Shown here piece after piece: positions 37,770-46,407 of a DNA stretch of 64,000 nucleotides. The notes below the pieces were generated by a model. That model did no database searches. It had not been told where the DNA came from and was given only the letters and a program-made list of their open reading frames with translations. The translations under genes were made by a program, and so were the position numbers. The stretch lies in IMG/VR virus record IMGVR_UViG_3300030104_006170; one strand, 5' to 3'. Position 1 is the first letter of the stretch; the number at the start of each line of letters is the position of its first letter. Source of the stretch: a virus (Duplodnaviria > Caudoviricetes).

Positions 37770-40490
37770 TTCTTCCATAAAATAGTTTTCACTCAGATTC
37801 ATTTTTGTCCAATAATCTTTTTCCTCTGGTGATAATGTTAATATTTCCTCTAATGAGTCTTGGTCACTTTCTTTCCTAGGTACTCCATTAATTAACGTAC
37901 ATTGAGTTTTAGTGTAGTATTCTCTATCTTCTGGTTTCTTTTTTAATAAACTGTCTCTCACTTCTTTTTTAAAACAAACTAATAATGGTTCTACACGTTT
38001 ATTAAAAGTGTTTATATATCTAGGTACATTGTATTCACCTTTCATACCATTTTCTAAATCATTTTCGGAAATTAGATAGGAATTTAAAACAATTTCTTCT
38101 GTCCCATCCTTTTTCTTTTTTCTTTGTACATCACCATGTGACATAGCTTTACCATTATTCACATAGTAAATCGTATCCCCTAAAGATACTTGTAAATTAT
38201 TAGCTATAACCAACTCCATATGTGCTTGTCTAGCCATTAAATTTCCGGCTTTTGTTCTTTGTGTACATCTTTTTTTATAGGATTCTATAGTTTGTTTTAC
38301 TCTAGACTTGTTAGCTATTTTTGCGAGTAAAATATCTCTATCGTAGATTTTTTGTAAGTACTCATAATAATATTCTACAAAATCACCACCTCTACCTTCT
38401 AATAACATTCTAAGTCCTTTATCTATAAACTCTTCTAGATATCCTTGTATTTTTTTAGACTTAATAGAATTACCAGTTAATTTAACTTTTCCACTAGACA
38501 TTAATAACGCATAATTTTTTCTAGCTACATTAATACAAGAAGGCCATTGACCATCTGTATCTAACCCCATCTCACCTCTCATAAATAAATCGTTATATTC
38601 AGCAACATCAGCCTCACTACCCTTATATTCCTTACCTTTTTTAACTAATTCGTTATTACCTAAACCAACATAAGACCTATCCTCCACATCTAAAGGACAA
38701 GAAAAGTTAACACCATCCGTATCCATAACCAATGGGTCATAACCTTTATCCATAAAAAATCTAACCATCTGTCTTAGATATTGTCTAGCTGTACAGGTTA
38801 CTTTTTCACCCATATTCATATCACCCCAAGGAAAAACTTGTGGTGCTGACAAAGAACCAAACATAGAGTTTATAAAAATTTTAATAGGTAATTGTTTTCT
38901 ACCATAAGACTCAGATTTCTTTTTATCTTTACTGTAATATTCAGAGGCTAAGTTTTTATACATAATTCTAGTATCTCTAAAATACTTTAACATACCTTTC
39001 ATAGCATCTGTAATATCACATTCTGGAAACACGTTGTGAACCAATTGTATTGATGGGTAAAGTGAACTAAAGTCTAACTTTAGTACATTAGTGGAGTAAC
39101 CTGTTTTTACAAGTCTAGAAAGTCCACCTACAAAAGGCCTTTTAGAGTCTTTTGATGGTACCGCTAATCCTTTGTGATAAGACCACGCCAACATTAACAT
39201 TTTCCATAAAGTAGCTGTACCCATTGTTGACACTCTTTCATATGATGTTGGTACCATACTTGCTAGTAAAAATGATGCTTGATTAAATTGTCCGTCTACT
39301 TCCATAGTTTCCCATAAATCATCCATTAGGTACTGTTCTACTATTTCTGCACCACCAACCTTTTTATATACTTTTGGGAATTTCTTGTCTATATCAAATA
39401 GTCCTTCCCCACCAACAGGTTTATATTTTCCATTTTCAACATTTAAATAAAACTCCTTATTCTCTCTATACGTAGAAGCGATTTTATCCCCAGGAACATA
39501 AACTCGATTAGGTTTTTCTGATTTAGAAAATTGTGTTATATATTTTAATCCCCAACTTTTTATTTCAGAATTAATTGTTTGTGCTCTCCTAACAGCATGT
39601 GCAATATCCAAAGAATTATAACCCCAAATTTTTATTTGTTTATAATCCTCAATTTCTGCACCTAATTTTAAAACACCATCATTAATTTTATATCCTTCAT
39701 TAGGATTTAGCGTTTTAAATTGTGTGGTATCCATCTGAAGTATTTCTGCTCTTTTAAATAACCAGTTCCAGTCGAAGTTAGATGAGTTGTACCCACCTAT
39801 GATTGTTGGTCTTAAGTTATTTATAGTTTCAAAAAATTCATATATAGCCTCAACTTCTTCAGTCTCACTTTCACCAATTTCTATAACCTTTTCAAACCCC
39901 CTATTATCTTTCATACCAATCATAAAAATTCTACCGTCTTCTGGATTTAATGCTGTAGTCTCCAAGTCAAAAACAAATCTATGTATGTCGTCATATTCTT
40001 CAAAACCCTTAAACAATCTTTTTTCTTTTTGTACCAAGTATTGTTCTATTGGTGGTAGAATCATAATTGCATCCCTGTTGTCACTATCCCAAGGATTTAT
40101 ACCACCTTGTCTAAAAAAACTTACTAAATCTCTATATGTTTTTGTTGTTTTAATTAAATAAGTTAAACCATTATTTAATCTTTCATCGTCACCACTATGT
40201 AATTTTTCTATTAAAATACCGTGTTTAGATATAGCCTCTTTTTGAGCCTGTTTACTACCGTTATAAAAATTCTTTTTACTCAAATCACCAACCCAACAAA
40301 AAGGGATAAATGTATCAGTTTCAATTATTTTACCTTTTTTTGGGTCTTCCTTTATTTTATATATTTTACTACTTCTCCACCCATATTCCAAGGCTACAAT
40401 ATACTTTTCTGGGTCATTACCAAGTAAAAACGCTTCTATCTCCTCCGGAGTAGCTTTTTCTGTCATATTTTCTTTATTTAATTCTTGCAT
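37755..40490 (-). CDS. DNA polymerase family B with 3'-5' exonuclease
   Basis: Exo FDLETT, YNSSNFD, YLMDD; polymerase DFSSLYPS, KIFINSMFG, MDTDG. Confidence 0.95.
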   Translation of the reverse strand: MQELNKENMTEKATPEEIEAFLLGNDPEKYIVALEYGWRSSKIYKIKEDPKKGKIIETDTFIPFCWVGDLSKKNFYNGSKQAQKEAISKHGILIEKLHSGDDERLNNGLTYLIKTTKTYRDLVSFFRQGGINPWDSDNRDAIMILPPIEQYLVQKEKRLFKGFEEYDDIHRFVFDLETTALNPEDGRIFMIGMKDNRGFEKVIEIGESETEEVEAIYEFFETINNLRPTIIGGYNSSNFDWNWLFKRAEILQMDTTQFKTLNPNEGYKINDGVLKLGAEIEDYKQIKIWGYNSLDIAHAVRRAQTINSEIKSWGLKYITQFSKSEKPNRVYVPGDKIASTYRENKEFYLNVENGKYKPVGGEGLFDIDKKFPKVYKKVGGAEIVEQYLMDDLWETMEVDGQFNQASFLLASMVPTSYERVSTMGTATLWKMLMLAWSYHKGLAVPSKDSKRPFVGGLSRLVKTGYSTNVLKLDFSSLYPSIQLVHNVFPECDITDAMKGMLKYFRDTRIMYKNLASEYYSKDKKKSESYGRKQLPIKIFINSMFGSLSAPQVFPWGDMNMGEKVTCTARQYLRQMVRFFMDKGYDPLVMDTDGVNFSCPLDVEDRSYVGLGNNELVKKGKEYKGSEADVAEYNDLFMRGEMGLDTDGQWPSCINVARKNYALLMSSGKVKLTGNSIKSKKIQGYLEEFIDKGLRMLLEGRGGDFVEYYYEYLQKIYDRDILLAKIANKSRVKQTIESYKKRCTQRTKAGNLMARQAHMELVIANNLQVSLGDTIYYVNNGKAMSHGDVQRKKKKDGTEEIVLNSYLISENDLENGMKGEYNVPRYINTFNKRVEPLLVCFKKEVRDSLLKKKPEDREYYTKTQCTLINGVPRKESDQDSLEEILTLSPEEKDYWTKMNLSENYFMEELGIL

Positions 40491-40501
40491 GTGATTACAT
40501 A

Positions 40502-40533
40502 CAAAGATAGGTAAAGAAATTTAAGTAATCAAT
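40502..40533 (-). promoter_or_regulatory. Bacteroidota-type promoter for the DNA polymerase
   Basis: Minus strand ATTG (40533-40530), 20 nt, TATCTTTG (40509-40502). Confidence 0.7.
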
Positions 40534-40536
40534 AAA

Positions 40537-40932
40537 TTAACAAGGTGGTGTACAAGGTTGTCCCACAAAAGAATCCGTTATGTTAATAAATAAATCTTCA
40601 CGGATAGGAACAATTAATTCTGAACAATTTTGTTCATGAAAATATATGATAAATTGCCCTTCAAATCTACCCACTTTATTAACATCTCTAGATTTCCATT
40701 TATAATAAATGTAGTATTCTGTGGGTGCATTAACCGATGTGGGTGTTTTTGCGACGATATTTGCCGCAGCATTTAATATTTTAGGAATTCCAGTCTTAAC
40801 ATCTTTCATAGAAAAATATATACTAGAATTAGCTAGTTTATCGTGAAAACTATTAAAGTCGTTTCTACCATCTTGTACGACTTGCATCTTTAGTATTGGT
40901 TCTAATGAGTTTTTTCTAATAAAAAATTCCAT
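40537..40932 (-). CDS. BppU N-terminal-like (Ig-like) baseplate/fibre protein
   Basis: FFIRKNSLEPILKM...IYFSMKD...YKWKSRDVNKVGRFEGQFII...LIVP pattern. Confidence 0.6.
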   Translation of the reverse strand: MEFFIRKNSLEPILKMQVVQDGRNDFNSFHDKLANSSIYFSMKDVKTGIPKILNAAANIVAKTPTSVNAPTEYYIYYKWKSRDVNKVGRFEGQFIIYFHEQNCSELIVPIREDLFINITDSFVGQPCTPPC

Positions 40933-40973
40933 TTATCTTATTTTATTATAAATATCATACAAATTACTTATTA

Positions 40974-43634
40974 TTAACTACAAATACATGGGTTACCATT
41001 AGACATAAAAATATTGACTCCTGGAAGTGCGTTTATTTGACTAAGAGTCATAGAACTAGTTATTGGTGCTCCTGCGTTTACAAAATAATCTATAACATCC
41101 GACCATGTAGACGTTCCTGGTAGAACCTGAGACATCGTACCAGTATATTTTACCCACACCCCAACCAGGTACCACATAAAATGAGTTCCACCACTCATTA
41201 AACCAGTACAAAAAGGCCTTCCTTCTGGAGCGTACCAACTTGATGTATAGCATGCAGCTGATATAGGTGCTCCATCTAAAAGGTAATCGTTGTAAAACTC
41301 CCAAAAAACATCCTCAAAAGGAGTGTTCTGATTCATTGGGTCGTCCGAGAAGTAAGTTAGTGGGTGAATAATCCAATCCCAAGTAACTGGGTCTATGTCA
41401 TACAAACCTATAAATGTTTTTCCTGCACAATCTCCTGGTGTATTATTTGTTATTATACATGCTTCTTCTGTTGTAAAGGTTGATGGGTTTATGGTTACAT
41501 TACTATCTGCCGATGGTAAACTACAGTCTACACATCCATTATTACAATGTTCACATTCTTCACAATCTATAAGATTATATCGGTCTTTATTAATGGTAAA
41601 ATTATGGTATATCTCATCCGGAGTTAACGGTTTAATATAATACATCATTTGTGATATACCCCCAACAAATGACCCCGCAAAATTATCACTTAATAATCGC
41701 CTATCTGGTGTTAAATTTAAATCTATAAAAGTAGTACTATTATCTATGGTACATTGGTCACCAGTTAATGGTAAGTTTCTTTGTATTAGACTTTCCCTTA
41801 GTCCAAAAGTTCCACCACCCCAAGACATATTATAAGCAACACCAACCTGGGTTTGTCTATTGGTATTTAATTGTCTAGGTATTATTTCTTCATAATTTTC
41901 AACTTTATGAACTCTTCTTCCATTAACATAAAAAGTTAGGGTACCCAATCTATATTCTCTTTCTCCAAACCAACTTTGTACTTGTGCACCATGACAATCA
42001 AAATTAAAATAAGCATCTTCTATAAATCTTGGGTACTGGTCTTTACATGGTTTATCTTCTGGTATTGGTGGTGTTGGGTGACAACCGTAAGGACTAGAAC
42101 TCCCTTTATGTGTTCCATACCTTTGAAATTTATCAGTCCTAACTTTAACTAAGTCATTAATTCCACCATTATTAAATATTTCGCAATCTTCCAGGTATAA
42201 ATTTCTTTCAAAAACAACATCTACTTGTATCCACGTATCCTTACAATTACCATTTGCAATTATAAAATTACATATTGGTTCTGAATAACTTTCTTCTATC
42301 ACATAATCACAATTAAAAGTACTACCAGTATTACAAGTTTCACCTGTGGTTACACACTCTCCAGTATATCTAATCGTTCTATACCCCAATCTCATATCAT
42401 CAGTTAATCTAACACCAAAGGCGTTACTATAGACATCATATTTAGGGTTTGGTGACTTGTTTTGGTTGGTTAGTTTTACCTCTTTTTCTTCTGTATTACA
42501 ACATCCTGTAATTCCTGTTAGTGTGGTACATGCGGATAAATAATCAAGTTGTGTGTCCGCAGATAAACCATTCCTATGTTGGTATTTGTCCTCAGCTCTT
42601 ATTCCTTTATAGAAAAAGAACCCACCATTATTTGTGTCCATAACAGACATACCAAATCGTCCAGCTAAACTATAATTTAACAAATACATTGGCATGTCAT
42701 TACTACTTAATGGACTACACACTGTAGTTGCACTACCAAAATTGTATGTTGTAGCTGTACTCTTAAATTGATATAGGTTCCATCCACTTGCATTATAACA
42801 ATTACCATCACTACCACATATAATTTCTTGGTCCCCAACAGGAGTACCACAACAAGGAGAAGTAAAACCGTTACATACACTGTCAGTAATTGTTGTTAAT
42901 TTTAAATAAGTTTCAAAAGACCATCCTTTATTTGGTCTTGTTGGGAGTACTTCATATGGGTAACCATATAATTTATAAAATCCTTGGTAGAACCCACCTC
43001 TTAATTCTTGATAGTACCCTGATGAATCTGTCGCGTTCAGTATTGAGGTGTCTGTGTACCATTGAGTTCCTGCCATTTGGGTACCGAAGGCTTTAACCTG
43101 ATTCATTTTAAATCTTTTATCAAACGATAGAGTAGTGTTGAGTGATGCAGCATTATTGTCACAGTATAAAGTTAGATGTGTTGTATAAGGGTCCATCTCT
43201 GATAAATTAAGTAAACCATTATCTAGTCCTGTCCATATAATATCTGCTACTTCATAATAACCAGTACCACTATAAAGACCTGATGGGACCCCACTATAAG
43301 GACAATCACAACAAGATTTTGCTTTAGACCAGTGGTTTTTACTTAGAATACTAAAAGGTCTATAATTTGTGTCAGTATAATAAGTTGATACTGTACCCAT
43401 AGGGTATTGGTACATACATGCTGTACTTGGTTGTGTACCACAGTTAGGGTCTGATAAATCAATCCATACAGGAAGTGTGTCACCATTATTATGTCCTACG
43501 ATAGAGTTTGACCAAACTACCTCTGTATTAAAATCTTTTTCATCGGACGCTAAAAATAAATCATAATACTCACTATAATTAAGTTTACTGTCCAATCTGT
43601 TGAAGTAAAAGTTATTTAAATTTTGTGTTCCCAT
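40974..43634 (-). CDS. Cys-rich virion protein with LamG/ConA-like elements
   Basis: TLTFYVNGR and FVGGISQMMYYIKPLTPDEIYHNF are LamG-like; about 36 Cys counted in 886 aa. Confidence 0.6.
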   Translation of the reverse strand: MGTQNLNNFYFNRLDSKLNYSEYYDLFLASDEKDFNTEVVWSNSIVGHNNGDTLPVWIDLSDPNCGTQPSTACMYQYPMGTVSTYYTDTNYRPFSILSKNHWSKAKSCCDCPYSGVPSGLYSGTGYYEVADIIWTGLDNGLLNLSEMDPYTTHLTLYCDNNAASLNTTLSFDKRFKMNQVKAFGTQMAGTQWYTDTSILNATDSSGYYQELRGGFYQGFYKLYGYPYEVLPTRPNKGWSFETYLKLTTITDSVCNGFTSPCCGTPVGDQEIICGSDGNCYNASGWNLYQFKSTATTYNFGSATTVCSPLSSNDMPMYLLNYSLAGRFGMSVMDTNNGGFFFYKGIRAEDKYQHRNGLSADTQLDYLSACTTLTGITGCCNTEEKEVKLTNQNKSPNPKYDVYSNAFGVRLTDDMRLGYRTIRYTGECVTTGETCNTGSTFNCDYVIEESYSEPICNFIIANGNCKDTWIQVDVVFERNLYLEDCEIFNNGGINDLVKVRTDKFQRYGTHKGSSSPYGCHPTPPIPEDKPCKDQYPRFIEDAYFNFDCHGAQVQSWFGEREYRLGTLTFYVNGRRVHKVENYEEIIPRQLNTNRQTQVGVAYNMSWGGGTFGLRESLIQRNLPLTGDQCTIDNSTTFIDLNLTPDRRLLSDNFAGSFVGGISQMMYYIKPLTPDEIYHNFTINKDRYNLIDCEECEHCNNGCVDCSLPSADSNVTINPSTFTTEEACIITNNTPGDCAGKTFIGLYDIDPVTWDWIIHPLTYFSDDPMNQNTPFEDVFWEFYNDYLLDGAPISAACYTSSWYAPEGRPFCTGLMSGGTHFMWYLVGVWVKYTGTMSQVLPGTSTWSDVIDYFVNAGAPITSSMTLSQINALPGVNIFMSNGNPCICS

Positions 43635-43685
43635 GTATTAATAAATACTATTTGATTGGTTTAGATATTTATATATAAAAGTAAA

Positions 43686-44519
43686 ATGAAAAGAACCGAA
43701 GCAATTAATCATGTTATTGATGAACTTAAGGTCTTAAGAAAGGATTTAAATGAAGGAAAAAGTATTTCTCCTTTAAAATTTTTAACTCTTTCTGAAATTT
43801 TTAAGTTTAATATAGAACCTAAATCCGATAGGTTTACAGCTAAGTGTTTAGATGAAGCCGCAAAGACCAATAAAGATGAAGAACATTTAAAATTAATACA
43901 AGATATTTTAGATGATGAATTAGATAACGAAGATACATCGGAGAAAGAAGTTACCGAACTAGTAGATTTTGATGGGTCAATGGTTAGTAGTAAAATACCA
44001 CCTGGAACAGACACTAACAAGACTATAGGAGCAAGAAAAACTACTGATGACGCTGTAAAAGGAACCAGTCAAGCAGGTGTGTGGACTGGTGGTGGTCATT
44101 ATTTTAAAAGATATTATGGTGAGTCTGTTGAGGAGTTAGGTGAACATGATATGAGTGAAGTTTTAGGTTATGAAGATACAGAATTTAAAAATGCTGAAGA
44201 GACTATAGAATATTTTAAAAAAGAACATGATATGGAGGAGGATGAAGCTAAAGAAAGAGCTGAAGCTATGGGTAAAACTAAATCCTTGGATAAAAAAGGA
44301 CAGCAAAGATTAACTGAAAAAGAAAAAATTAAAAAATTAGCAGAAGATAAAGCTAAAAATATGATTGAGGTTATATTATCTACTAGGGAGGACGATAAGG
44401 ATTTGTCCGATGGTAAAAATTCTATGTTGGATGTAAAAATAAAACAATTACTTAGACTTGCATCTGCTGAAGGTGTTTCTATCGAGGAATTACTAAATAA
44501 GATAAGTAGTAATGAATAA
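43686..44519 (+). CDS. Acidic hypothetical protein, probable head-associated
   Basis: 277-aa charged ORF with many L/V-x-E sites; TATTTAT 13 nt upstream. Confidence 0.6.
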   Translation: MKRTEAINHVIDELKVLRKDLNEGKSISPLKFLTLSEIFKFNIEPKSDRFTAKCLDEAAKTNKDEEHLKLIQDILDDELDNEDTSEKEVTELVDFDGSMVSSKIPPGTDTNKTIGARKTTDDAVKGTSQAGVWTGGGHYFKRYYGESVEELGEHDMSEVLGYEDTEFKNAEETIEYFKKEHDMEEDEAKERAEAMGKTKSLDKKGQQRLTEKEKIKKLAEDKAKNMIEVILSTREDDKDLSDGKNSMLDVKIKQLLRLASAEGVSIEELLNKISSNE

Positions 44520-44967
44520 TGATTTAAAAAATGATGTTTATGTAATACCTGATTCTTTAATAGATTTATTAAAGGTTGGTTTATCTAAATTACAAGCTGG
44601 AGATAAGGGGTATACTCGTTGTAGTAATATGGTGAGTGACGGTAAACTAACCTACCCTCAAGCCAAAAAATTTAAACATGAATTAGAAAACGATTTAGAA
44701 GGTGATGAATATTCATTGGTTGGTGGTGATGATATGTTAGATTTTATAAATAATTCTCTAGAGGGAAGAAGAGATAGTGTTTATCAGTCTAAAAAAATTA
44801 GACAAAATGCGGGTGAAGAAAACGTTTTTAAAAAAACCCATACCAAAGATAAGTCTAAAAACCCAACAAAAGTAAGAAAAATTAAAGTAGCAAAAAATAG
44901 TGACGATATACTTAATAATAGAGCTGTTTACGAAGAGATAAACAGAATAAAACAACTTTTAAAATAA
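44512..44967 (+). CDS. Hypothetical protein, probable head-associated
   Basis: C-terminal YEEINRIKQLLK motif. Confidence 0.6.
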   Translation: MNNDLKNDVYVIPDSLIDLLKVGLSKLQAGDKGYTRCSNMVSDGKLTYPQAKKFKHELENDLEGDEYSLVGGDDMLDFINNSLEGRRDSVYQSKKIRQNAGEENVFKKTHTKDKSKNPTKVRKIKVAKNSDDILNNRAVYEEINRIKQLLK

Positions 44968-44973
44968 AAAATT

Positions 44974-45315
44974 ATGCCAGATTATAATCAAAAAAAACCA
45001 GGTGAACAATTAACACAACAATCAGCTAAATTTAGAGAACAAATGATTGTTAAAAATACCTATCAAGTAGGGGATGAAACTGGGTATAGTGCAAACCACC
45101 CAAACGCCTTATCTAATGGTGACGATAAAGGTAAGGGTAGTGCAATATATCTTGATGTTTTCGGTGAAGACATCGGAACACGTACTGATATTATGGGGAA
45201 TGGTGAAGCAAACACCGGTAGAATCAATAATTTAAAAACCAACCTATATAGTAAACAAAACGAATATAGTGCAGGTAATTTAGATTCAGGTAATGGTTAC
45301 GCACCACAACAATAA
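44974..45315 (+). CDS. Hypothetical Gly/Asn-rich protein
   Basis: 113-aa ORF in the same operon; internal repeat-like KNTY...YSA / KTNLYSKQNEYSA. Confidence 0.65.
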   Translation: MPDYNQKKPGEQLTQQSAKFREQMIVKNTYQVGDETGYSANHPNALSNGDDKGKGSAIYLDVFGEDIGTRTDIMGNGEANTGRINNLKTNLYSKQNEYSAGNLDSGNGYAPQQ

Positions 45316-45319
45316 TTAA

Positions 45320-45721
45320 ATGAAATTAATAGGTTCTTTAATAGAGTTATTAACTGAGAATGTTTCTAATAGTGTTATAAAAGACGCTATCACCAACAAA
45401 CATACTTGTGAGCTTAGGTATTTAGATGACGAAAAATTACCTGATGGTGGTAATGTGCGAGTAATCCAACCAGTAGCTTACGGATACTCTAAAAAAAATA
45501 ACCCTGTTATAAGAGCATACCAAACATCGGGTCCCTCACTTAAAGTTAATGAAAAAGGAATTCCTTTGCCTGACTGGAGGTTGTTTAGGGTCGATAGGAT
45601 AAAAAGTATGAAACCTAAGAAAGGTGATGATAGTTTATTCTTGACTTTTGGTGAACCTCCACTATATAATCCTGTAGGGGATAACTCTATGACAAGAGTA
45701 ATGTACAATTCAAAATTTTAA
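45320..45721 (+). CDS. Stand-alone WYL-like domain protein
   Basis: ELRY...RVIQPVAYG...VIRAYQ...WRLFRVDRI is the WYL pattern. Confidence 0.7.
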   Translation: MKLIGSLIELLTENVSNSVIKDAITNKHTCELRYLDDEKLPDGGNVRVIQPVAYGYSKKNNPVIRAYQTSGPSLKVNEKGIPLPDWRLFRVDRIKSMKPKKGDDSLFLTFGEPPLYNPVGDNSMTRVMYNSKF

Positions 45722-45725
45722 AATT

Positions 45726-46358
45726 ATGCCAGACATGACAACTTTACAACAATCTTTAATAAACGCTAGAAAAGTGATGACTAAAGTAGATGATGGTGAT
45801 TTTCCAAAAGGAAACACTAACCGTGCTATGTCTATGGGTAATATAACTGATTCTAATGGATTATTAAGTGAATCGACACCTAGTACTATACCCACACCTA
45901 ATTTACCCAACATAGACATCAATAGTGCAAAAAAAGACCTAACACCAAAAGCACGTATGACAGAATCACAAATAAAAAATTCTAAATTACCTGAAGCTAT
46001 AAAAAAAGCTATGATTGAAAATCCTATACCTGATGTTCCTTTTAATGGTGGTGGTGTTGGTTTAAGTGAAGAGTTTTTAAGTGGTGTTAAAAATGAAATG
46101 AATAAACAAGGTATGGGAACAACCTCAACACAAAAACCACAAAGACACAACAAACCAACTAGTAACACAAAAAAACTATCTTCTAAAAACTTAAAAAGTA
46201 TCATAAAAGAATCTGTAAGAGAAATTCTAGATGAGGTTGTTGATACCAAAATCAATGAAAGTATTGGCCTTAGAAGTGATATGAATGAAAATTTCCAATT
46301 CCGTGTTGGTGATAAAGTTTTTTACGGTAAGATAACTTCTACAAAGACTGTAAAATAA
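45726..46358 (+). CDS. Hypothetical protein, probable head-associated
   Basis: LKSIIKESVREILDE motif; C-terminal FQFRVGDKVFYGKI. Confidence 0.6.
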   Translation: MPDMTTLQQSLINARKVMTKVDDGDFPKGNTNRAMSMGNITDSNGLLSESTPSTIPTPNLPNIDINSAKKDLTPKARMTESQIKNSKLPEAIKKAMIENPIPDVPFNGGGVGLSEEFLSGVKNEMNKQGMGTTSTQKPQRHNKPTSNTKKLSSKNLKSIIKESVREILDEVVDTKINESIGLRSDMNENFQFRVGDKVFYGKITSTKTVK

Positions 46359-46371
46359 ACCCCTAAACCCC

Positions 46372-46403
46372 TTTGACAAATTCGTTTTTTCCTGTTATAA
46401 TTA
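46372..46403 (+). promoter_or_regulatory. Strong promoter for the glycosylation locus
   Basis: TTTG (46372-46375), 20 nt, TATAATTA (46396-46403); also reads as a perfect TTGACA-17-TATAAT; ATG at 46408. Confidence 0.75.
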
Positions 46404-46407
46404 AAAC

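Noticed and set aside
2084-40490. Inteins or introns in RNR, helicase, RecA or PolB
   Set aside because: Lengths are normal, catalytic motifs are contiguous, and no LAGLIDADG or C-terminal HN-C/S/T splice pattern was seen.
46373-46401. Perfect TTGACA-17-TATAAT as evidence for a Proteobacteria or Firmicutes host
   Set aside because: The same bases fit the TTTG-N20-TAnnnTT layout shared with four other promoters, two with an exact TATCTTTG, so a Bacteroidota-type reading is more economical.
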